64,000 bases of DNA, from assembly GCA_973895155.1 (NCBI GenBank), contig OZ316894.1, positions 9,335,340 through 9,399,339 of the forward strand. Direction: 5' to 3'. The stretch is from Marsupella aquatica (taxonomy: Eukaryota > Plantae > Marchantiophyta). The translations under genes were made by a program, and so were the position numbers. A model generated the notes under the pieces. The model was not told the DNA's origin, ran no database searches, and saw only the letters and a list, made by a program, of their open reading frames with translations. This document shows, one piece after another, positions 1-9,544 of the stretch. Position 1 is the first letter of the stretch. Every line of letters starts with the position of its first letter.

Positions 1-472
1 AAAGTTCACACTGAAAGGAAGATAGGTTGGTCTAGACATTGGAAGGGCAACTGTCAAACGTAGAGGTCAGAATTGAATGAGAGAAAGAGAGAGGAGGGGA
101 GTTGGGGTCCAAGATGTTGAATGTGCCTCACATTTGACTATTACCCTGACGTTTTCCTTTGGAAAATGCCGAGCTACACGCAAAACCACAAAGAACCCCC
201 GTTCTCCCAATGTAATGTCGTTTTTAACAACGTTCTTTTCATAAACCCTAAATAGTACGTTCTGGGGGATGACGTAAACGTCATAGTACGTCGTAAAATA
301 GGGGGTTACGCTGTTCTGGGTTTATATAAACGACATTACATTGGGGTTTACGTAGGGTAGGAAAACATGTGGGGTTTATACAACGTATAAAACTCCATAA
401 GTTTTTAGGGCTTGTTGCCATTATTTGAATGGTACTAATTGGTATCTGGCATGTATGTTGTTGCAGGGCCAT

Positions 473-1090
473 ATGGCAACATATGGGTCTTCCTCAACAT
501 ACTATGACCATCGTGATGGAGGTACTTGTCACTGACGTAGACATGGTCATCATAGTAGGGAGAGGGATGAGTCGTTGGGGAGGAGGAGAGATCAGTCATG
601 GGGGGGACTAGTGATGAGCCCCAGGAGAGGAGGAGCCATGGATCCAGGGATAGGAGGAGGGATGGGTCACGACGGAGGAGGAGGAGGGATGAGTCGCCAA
701 GGAGGAGGGATGTGTCCCTAGGGATGACGAGCCATGACTCAGGAGGGATCACTCCCAGGGTAGGAGGAGGGTTGATCCCCTCAGCGATGAGTCACGGGAG
801 AGGAGGAGGGATGACTCACCATCTAGGCGCCATCGGTCCAGGCATCACCAACGCAGACATTGGCGGGATAGAAGGAGAGATACTAGATCCTTGCGTCCTG
901 CACACCAGTATCACGACCCATCCACGCTGAGGAGGGATTTGGAGACGCTATGGCTGCCATTCAGGGGATTGGACCTATCCGTAAGATGCCTTGCCCATGT
1001 AGGCGGTGCAAGGGAGTTGTATGTCACGAGAGGACCACTGTCCTTAGCCATTTAGGGATCCATGGTCGTTATATACCGCCCACACAAGAG
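473..1090 (+). pseudogene. First coding exon of the element: Arg/Ser/Asp/Gly-rich low-complexity region plus transposase-associated Cys/His domain
   Basis: RRRDESPRRRD-type repeats with frameshifts and stops, then MPCPCRRCKGVVCHERTTVLSHLGIHG (CPCxxC..H..H, Transpos_assoc-like). Phase-0 donor GAG|GTAATT at 1090/1091. Confidence 0.7.
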
Positions 1091-1224
1091 GTAATTATAA
1101 GGTTTAAACATTTCAATTATTTAGTTGCTTTCTTTTTTTACCTAACTAGAAGTTGTCTAGGCTGCAATTGTTCATGCTTTCATACGCAAATTCTGAAGTT
1201 GTCCTGCTGGTCACATGTGGACAG

Positions 1225-2008
1225 ATTCCTATTGTAGTGCCTTTGGCTGTGGACAGCATGAGAGAGATTGCGAGGCGTGCGATCACCCCTCTAGTACCCC
1301 CATCAGCATTGTCTGCCACATTGAGGGCTATAGACTGTGTTTTTGATGGGATTGTGGTGCAAGTGCACCTTATTGAGAGGGGAGTAGTGGTGACCACTAG
1401 ACTGAGGTCGATGGAGTCTCATCCACCTAGGATAGTGCCGCCACGTTGTCCTTTTCTTGATGCACCTTCTTTGAGAGTTGCGAGACAGTTGCGAGGGAGA
1501 GCCTTGGATATCATAAAGGACTCCTTCCCTGCCCAGTTTGGACTCCCCGACGACCTTCCAGTCAGGGAACCTATCATAGTCTGGGGTCGGCCGTGGGCCC
1601 TCCTCCCATCCACATTGGGACCTGACGTTGGCCTTGGCGTTTTTGCACTTGTGGATATAGTGGTCCCTCATGGGTGTGCCCCTGACGATTTACCTCAGTT
1701 TGGCCCAGAGATGGCAAATCTTGTCTCGACAGTGTCCGACCTTTGGTCGATATGGCATGTCACTGAAGATGGACCCTAGGTATTCTCGGATGGATGGTTA
1801 TCCACCTCGCATGGGAAACTTGGTGGGCTACATCAATAGCATTGTTGGGTGTCGGCGTTTAGGGTTTAGGCCAAACGCTGAGTGGCACGAGTACCATGAT
1901 GCGTGTCACCCACGTTTGCCCATGGCATGCACACATTATGTCTTGACGCATGCCACCCGCACCATTAGAGCAGGAGATTAGATTTTTGTAGATTATGATT
2001 GGCATTGA
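1225..2008 (+). pseudogene. SET-domain (PR/SET-like lysine methyltransferase) exon inside the transposon; one frameshift and one premature stop
   Basis: STLGPDVGLGVFA (motif I), DGYPPRMGNLVGYINS, PNAEW, HATRTIRAGD*IFVDY (aligns to ArdI..GeEl..dY; TAG at 1979 where Glu is expected). Frameshift near 1690-1705. Acceptor CAG|ATT at 1224/1225. Confidence 0.75.
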
Positions 2009-2143
2009 TCACAACTTTATATGTACATAACCTATTCAATACATGACATTCCTTGCACATATCATTATTCAAGCTTCATTGCACCCTTCATACTCTTTGT
2101 CTAATTATGAGTTTGCATTGGATATGCTTACTTATATATGTAG

Positions 2144-5100
2144 GATGGTGCCAATATTACTCCTACACCGCACCCATCCATGATGACTACATCAGCCCGT
2201 GCCTTCCACACTTGAGCCACATTACATTTCAGTGACGACGATGATGATGATGTCCATGATGTGGATGATGATGTGGATGATGATGATGATGATGTGGACG
2301 ATGATGATGATAAGTACCATGATGCATATGATGTCGAGTTTGATGATGTAGTAGAGGATGAGGGGCCTGCACCTATTCTTGAAGAGGAAGCTTTTGCCCA
2401 CCTGGTTGACATTCACTTTGGACCACATGCACCTGACGCTGATCACCCTACTATGGAAGTTAGTAGACCAGGAGGATTGGGACCAGCTCGAATCAGAAGC
2501 CAAAACTCCACTATTCGAGGGTTCTCCAACCTTGAGGTAGAGAAGCTTACGACTTCTCTAATTGTGAGAGTGTAATTGCAGGTAGTACCTCATGTTCTAT
2601 TTTGATGAACTAATTGTGGTTTTGCAAATGCAGGTTGGGTGCCACTCTCTTGATGTTAAATTTGCAAGGAGTTTTCAATGGTTCGGATGTCCATACAGAT
2701 GCACTATTGTAGTTGTTCCACAAGAAATTCTTGCCCCAACCAAACACTCTTCCTGGATGTGTGAGGGAGGCTAAGAAGTTACTTGTCTCCATTGGATTGG
2801 CTTTGGAGTCTATCCATATGTGCCCCGTTGGTTGCATCTTGTATAGAAAGGAGTATGCTGAGCACACTCATTGCCCAAAGGAACGGTGTGGCCTTCCACG
2901 ATATCGACCAGACACCATTGGGGACAAAATTCCAGAGAAGGTAAATTACTGATGCGAACTCATGTGATTAGCGTCCACATACTCAGGTGCAAACTTAACA
3001 TCCAACTCAACGAAGCACATTCACATCTTACGTCTTCAAATTCGTTGATTTATTTATTAACATTGTATTAACATCAATGTGAATTGAATACGTCTTCTCA
3101 GGCGATGTAAACCCATTTTACGTCTCTTCGTGTGACGTAAAGTAACGTCTCTTTGTTGTTTACGTCATAGAAGACGTGGCTAAAATAAGATAACGTGTTC
3201 GTAAATGACGTTAGGGTTCTAATATTGTCGATTCAAATGGTTTCACTGTTGTTATTATAGGTGTTGAGGTATTTCCCTATCACACCCTGGCTGCAACAGT
3301 TATATCGACAAAAACGCTTATCCACACTACAGACTTGGCATGCAGAGAACAAATCTCCACCAAGGATTATGAGGTACCACCAAGATAGTCCAGCATGGAA
3401 ACACATTGATATGACTTGGCCTCAATTTTCCCAGGAGCCAAGAAATGTCCGGCTGGGGTTGGCAATAGACGGTGTAAACCCGTACAAGCAACGGCGGAAG
3501 CCTAAGTCCATTTGGCCGGTTCTCTTGATTAATCAGAACATCCCTCCATGGTTGGCAATGAAAAAGGGCCATGTCCTCCTCCTTGCTATCATACCTGGTT
3601 CTGAGGCCTACAAGAATCCAAATGTCTGCTTGGTACCAGCTTATGAAGAGCTACAAAACCTGTGGGAGGTTGGGGCACCTACCACAGATGTCACTCGGGC
3701 TCCGAGCAATGGGAGGATATTCCAGATGAGAGTGATGATCACCCATTGCACCACCGATGGTCCAGGTAATTCACAAGACAACCTAGAGCATTTTTCTAAT
3801 TGCATTGTATTGTACAATGTAATAGAGATAATGACATATTCTATGGACCCAAATTATCATGTGCAGGTATGGGAACAATATCTGGTTTGAAGGTGGCAGA
3901 TTATTCAGCTTGCCCTTCATGTGGTCCTGAGTTGCATGGGAGGTACTCATCACTATTGCCCAAAACCACATATGAGGAAAGTAGGGTCCACTTGCCAATG
4001 GATGATCACTTGCGGCGAAACACAACTCATTGGGTAGAAAGTGAGTTAAGACCATGTCCCAATGGCCCTTCGGCTGAAGGGCAAATCCAATTGGCAGAGA
4101 TGGTGGAGGCAAAGTTACTCAAACCCAAAGATTGTGGAGTAAATCGCCGCTTAGCTTTGTGGGACTTGCCTTATTGGAGGGTAAGTGAGACAAAGCAAAA
4201 TAATGGTTAATTTTTCTAATTGCAAATTGGAGTCTTCACTGAAACTATTGCTATTGAGAAATTTATTAGTGAACTCCAACATTATTGTTTTTTCATGCTC
4301 CAAATCCTCCAGGTCCGGTGGTTGTTGGACCCCATGCACATTGAAGTGAATGTTGCTAAGAATTTGTTGAAGCACATTTATGGACGGAATGATACTCGTC
4401 AAGTCCGAGAGGATGTTGAGAATGTAGGAGTTGTGAAGTCTTGCTGGATGACAAGTACTGGGGGGAAACCACCTGCTCCTTGGGTATTGCCAAAGGAGAC
4501 ATTAAAGCAAATTAATGCGATGATTTGTGAGATGAAATTCCCTAGCCACTATGGAGCCGACTTTCATGGGTGCACTAGCAGAAATGACCACATGCCCCCA
4601 ATAGGGCTAAAGTCTCATGATTATCACAAGTTGATTCAACATGTGCTGCCTGCTGTCTTGTGTTGTTGTGATGACTTGCGAGAGAGGCGCCTACTTCAAC
4701 TCACCATTTACGACATGCGCTCTATTTTCCTAAGTTTAAAACCCTAAACCCTAAGTTTAAAACTAGAGACTTGTTGTTTTGGGCTTAATTCTTTTCATTA
4801 CCAATATTATAATTAATTAAGTTGGTAATTTGGGCAACCGCTTGGTGTGATTGTGATATTAAATCAATTGGATTGTATGAGGTGGAATATAGGTGGGTAT
4901 GCGCTAAGGAGATAAAGGAGTGTGAGATTCCTTTGATGAGGGAGAGGTCAGCACGTGTGATGTGCAATATGGAGAAGGTGTTCCCTCCTTGTCTCTTTGA
5001 CATGCAATTGCATTTGCTATGTCACCTCATGGATGAGGTAGCTATTGCTGGTACAGTTCATGCGCGGTGGATGTATTGGGTTGAGCGCTTCATGAAAGTG

Positions 5101-6112
5101 CTCAAGTCCATGGTGCGTCAACCAGATCAACCAGAGGGAGCATGACAACAGGATACATTATGTCTGAGTGCTCAGGGGGGATGATAGGGAGTTTGGACCC
5201 TACAACTCCCACAACTTGGGAAGAGGCACAGGATGAGGACAATGGTGGGTTGCGCTTGATGGGTGCGTCAAAGAAGCGGTCACTACATGACGACATTTTT
5301 TGACGGCAAATCCACAATTATGTGTTGGAAAACCGCCCTGACATGTCAGCTTGGAGGGAGTTGTACAGGTATGAGGCATTTAGATTGTGAAGTTTGACTT
5401 GTAGTTGGGGAGTACTTTTTTGTCCATAGGATACTGCAAATTTCTAACAATATTTGTGTATACAAATGCCAGGGCATGGAGGGAGCGACAACCGGTTATT
5501 GCAGGACATGTGCACACAATTGCATCATTCTGCGTATGGGCATTGGAGCACATGGAGAGGGTCCTGGCAAAGCATGGGCCCACATCCATCCCGATTGATC
5601 TTCAGAACATCATTAGGGGGCCATCGATGTGGGCAACAACTCATACACACATGTATGAGTCGGGGCACCACTTTCGGACTTGGAGGACAGACCATATGAA
5701 AAAGACAACATGTAACTCACAAGTGTTCATGTTGACAGACCGAGGTGATGTTGAGGTTCCTTATTGTGGCACTGTATTGGACATTTTAGATGTTGACTAC
5801 TGTGTTAGAGGTGTGGTGGCACAAGTCCATCATACCACTACTGTGTTAGAGGTGTGGTGGCACAAGTCCATCATGTCACCTCTTGTGAGAGCCACCATGG
5901 TGAAAGATGAGTGTGGATTTTATCGGGTGGACATGACTCGTGTGTCACCAAGCGGGACTGAGGTTAGTGATACCATAGTTTTTCCTAGCCAAGTGGATCA
6001 GTGTATTATGGTGCCCATGCAAACTATGAGAGGGTGGTCCATTGTCAATCCCATCTTCCCACGACGGAGGAAGGGTTTGATGCAATCAACAATTATGGAC
6101 GATGCTGATTGA
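2144..6112 (+). pseudogene. Tnp2/TnpD-type CACTA transposase, multi-exon, disrupted
   Basis: Acidic tract; PLFEGS; IHMCPVGCILYRKEY..CP..CGLPRY; LRYFPI..L..WH; DSPAWKHID..FSQEPRNVRLGLAIDGVNP; LDPMHIEVNV; GLKSHDYH; EKVFPPCLFDMQLHLLCHL..GTVHARWMYWVERFMKVLK; DECGFYRVD..FPSQVDQ..W. GT-AG introns, e.g. 2941-3260. Stops and frameshifts are present. Confidence 0.92.
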
Positions 6113-6569
6113 TATGACCATCACCACTGTCATGATGCTTTGGATGCATGTATATTGGCCGTAGCCATCCTTTACATATATACAGATCTGGTTGGACAGT
6201 CCTCATTTACGTCATTTATATAATTAAACGTCCCATTTGTAACACCCAAAATGACGTAGAAAACCCATACGTCGTCACAAAACCCCACCAAAAATGACGT
6301 AAACCCCTAACTTAACGTCGTTCTTATGTAGCCCTACACAACGTGATACTAAATTGTGACGTAAATACACAGCCCTAAAGGACGTACATTGTGGAACGTC
6401 GTATTATGATATGTAAACTATTTTGGGACAACATGGAGGACAACGTAACGTGTGAGGGGCGACGTTACGCACAATGCACACACTGAAAGGGCACATTCAC
6501 TGGCACAATCAAAATAATACAATCATGGGTGTCTTTATTAAGGTGATATGAACACACAAGTTATACATT

Positions 6570-7330
6570 TCACAACACATTGTCTTTCCACCAAAGCAAT
6601 CCTAACCTATGCGAATCATGGAACCTAAACCCCACCACCAGCTGCGATTTGAAGTATTGTTGCTTAAGGGGTCCCTTCACCAGACCAGTAGTACTCCTCA
6701 TCGGCCTTCCTTGCTTTGTAGGAATCACGCCTCTGGCTTTGGTTCCATTACTTCCGCTCAACCGCTTCCCCAACCTTCAGCCTTTCAGCCTCAACCTCAA
6801 CTGCACAGCTTTTCTTGCAATCGTACAATACAATCCCAAGCTCAGTAGGAGATAACTCACATTTAGAGAAGGTAGGTGGATATGCCTCACCATCATCAAG
6901 CTTGGGCAAATCATCAAGGATCTCATGATCACCCGGCTGCAACAAGAAGTCTCCTGGATCCAACTCCTTGTTAGCCAGAATGGAGCACTCAACCCAACGG
7001 ATAGAAATGAAATGCACTGTCTCCGCAAAGTGCTCAATCAATCCAGGGTAGTCACTGAAGTGCTCAACAACATCTTTCCAAGTATAGGCCAACAAGTAAT
7101 CTATCTCTAGGTACACAACTTCTCAATAACACCTCCACGACAAAAGAACCCACGCACAATCTTGTCCTCTTCACCGAGAGGAAGGAAGCAACAATGCACA
7201 TCCTTGAATAACTTGTGCACCATAGCTTAGCACTTTCTATCCCCCACAGAAATTTCTCCCTACTCAAGATGAGAGCTCACTCAAAAACTCTTGAATGCAA
7301 GTCTTGGAAGGTCTTGGCAGCTATGAACCA
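6570..7330 (-). pseudogene. Convergent orphan gene carried by the transposon (unknown function), disrupted
   Basis: Frameshifted but globular-looking reading frame MVHKLFKDVHCCFLPLGEEDKIVRGFFCRGGVIEKL/YLEIDYLLAYTWKDVVEHF...AVERK*WNQSQRRD. Minus-strand AATAAA at 6534-6539. Flanked by the element's ACGT-motif clusters. Confidence 0.55.
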
Positions 7331-7469
7331 AAAGCCACGGGTAGAAAACCCAAGTCAGCAAGGAATTTGTCATTTACATCAACCAAAATGATGTCTTGCA
7401 CGTATCATGTGGCAGAGTAACTCTCAAACGCCGATGAGAGCTCCATAATATATTTAACCTTGCAGATTC

Positions 7470-7745
7470 CTACGTACTTTTAAACGTCGTCCAACAAATT
7501 GTATATTATGACGCTCTGGACGACGCAATTAATTTTACCTCTTTCTAGACGATGTTTTATTACCCGGATGAGGAGACGTTAATTTTTGGTCGTATCACAC
7601 GACGTAAAAATAGTTCCGATTGTCGTGCCATATTCTACGACGTTGGCCTAACGTCTTCAGCTATATGGAACGACGTCTTCTTCGACGTGATCCAATTGAA
7701 CGTCTACGTTGAAGACGTTCATAGGGCACGCAACGTTAAAAATTG
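7470..7745. repeat. Subterminal GACGT/ACGTC motif cluster of the CACTA element
   Basis: Many ACGT-core motifs in both orientations (CGACGT, GACGTT, AACGTC) next to the terminus. Confidence 0.75.
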
Positions 7746-7753
7746 TAGTTGTG

Positions 7754-7930
7754 CAACTCCCAATGCCAATCTAAGTGTTTTGTGTGCGTTACCAACTTAG
7801 CTCAGTGCCTTTGCTAGTGCTATGTTTCATACAAGTATCTCCATATTAGTCTCCACCAGATGGTTTTTCCGGAGGCCTGGGCCATAGAAGAGCTCAATGT
7901 CGGAGTAAGCAATGTTGGAACTAAGTGGAG
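7754..7930 (-). mobile_element. Fragment of a Copia-associated LTR-like repeat (target site of the CACTA insertion)
   Basis: Similar to 53795-53975 (e.g. GAGCTCAATGTCGGAGT.AGCAA) and to the reverse complement of 34960-35103. Confidence 0.6.
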
Positions 7931-8474
7931 TGGACTACAACAATGCAAACAAAGCTGTAGCCACTGAAAGACAACAAAATTTGGAGCTTGTAAGCTATGT
8001 AAAAGTAAGCAAGTGGTGGAGAGCAAGTGACATAGTCTTATTGAGCTAGTGACATAAAAACATTGCACCCATGACATAGTCTGATTTGTAGGATGGTTGT
8101 AATTTATTTTAAGCATAAAACTAGTGATTTTGTGAAGTTATCCCCTTACATACATTCAGCAAAACAGAAGGACTAAGAAGCAAGCTTCATTTTAATAATT
8201 GAAGGACTCAGAAGCAACCAGCTGGAAAGTGAAGGGAGGAAATATGGAAGTCCAAGGACAACTGAAGAACGAGAGGAAAAAGGAAAGGCTGGACAAAAGG
8301 AAGACACAAACAATAAATTGAGCCATTTCTTCTCTCGACCAAAATTTCTGTTCTACAAAAAAGTTGAGGTTTGCATCTTCAACTTTTTGGAAAACGGTGG
8401 TATTATTCTTGTATGCATCACGTTCTCACTCCAAATGACTAAACTCGAAAAACTTCTGTAAATACTTCATGACT

Positions 8475-8546
8475 AACTCGCTGTACTCTTGTACATTTCT
8501 TTCCAGGTTTAACTCGCTGTACTCTTGTACATTTCTTTCCAGGTTT
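8475..8546. repeat. 36-bp tandem duplication
   Basis: TAACTCGCTGTACTCTTGTACATTTCTTTCCAGGTT twice. Confidence 0.85.
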
Positions 8547-9544
8547 GTTTACGTGAATGGCGGATCTGAAATCTTTCTGTGAGGAGAGTTTTAATACGAT
8601 TTGAGACAATGATCGTTTAGGGACACGCAAGTGTACGCAGTGTGAAATTGCTCCATTGAGACGATGATAGTGAGGGACACGCAAATGCATGTAGTGCGAT
8701 TGGTGAAATTGCTTTATTGGGTTAAGTGGAACATCATAGCATTTACTCCGCAGTCATAGGTTGGCATAATTGCGATGCCTCATTCCAGTTTCATCATATC
8801 AAACATAACGACGCAGTAGGACCTGCCATAGCGAGATCGTTCACATCGCTACCGCCTTTTACATAAGCGTGACCAGTATCCGACATTGCTCTGATATATG
8901 CCCTCTCTTTGCCATGAATTCTTAGGTGTCTCATTGCAACCCAAAACTTACTACTACAACTACTGGTCCATCCAAGTTCCTGCTATATACAAGTGATAGG
9001 AAAGACAAAAAACTAGAGTCCGATGGAAAACAGCGTGATGACAATCATCCCTAAAATCCATGTTCGTTTAAGGCCTTGCTATGCTGGTGGCTGTTGAAAG
9101 AGATCTCTATGCAGCATCAAATTTTATACAAGATGAGATGGTGGACCTGGAACTTCTTGAGTTCCAACAGTGGGATTCCAACACGGTACACCTAAAGTGG
9201 GTCTCAGAACCGCTTAGTTCCAACAGTAAAATTCCATCAAAGTAGACCTGACTATTTAGAGGAAACAAAATTGAATCCATCAGATCAAATCATGACAGGA
9301 TAATATCCGTTCTATTCGGTCACTGGACCTAATTTATACAGCTTTCCTCAACCCCATCCTGAAAGGTCCCTCTGATAGCGTGTGCTTGGAGGGGGAGGAA
9401 AAAGGATGGAGTTCTGTACAAAGACTAGACATTCACTGTCAAAGAGCTACAGATGACAGCTTTGTCTTCAAATGGGTTCTTAAGAAAAGGACCTGCACAT
9501 TTTTTGCTGCAGCCCAATTCCAAAAATTGCCTACCAATCCTGAT

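Larger units (their letters stand above)
1..7753 (+). mobile_element. CACTA/EnSpm (CMC superfamily) DNA transposon, decayed; left end lies outside the window
   Basis: Spliced Tnp2-type coding exons (Transpos_assoc, Transposase_21, DUF4218-like, DUF4216-like motifs). Dense ACGT-motif subterminal cluster at 7470-7745. Ends at ...TTGTAGTTGTG (7753), right where an LTR-like repeat also seen at ~53800 resumes. Confidence 0.85.

Noticed and set aside
435-752. Antisense ORFs over the RS-rich exon (and 2128-2412 over the Asp tract)
   Set aside because: Shadows of low-complexity plus-strand coding sequence.
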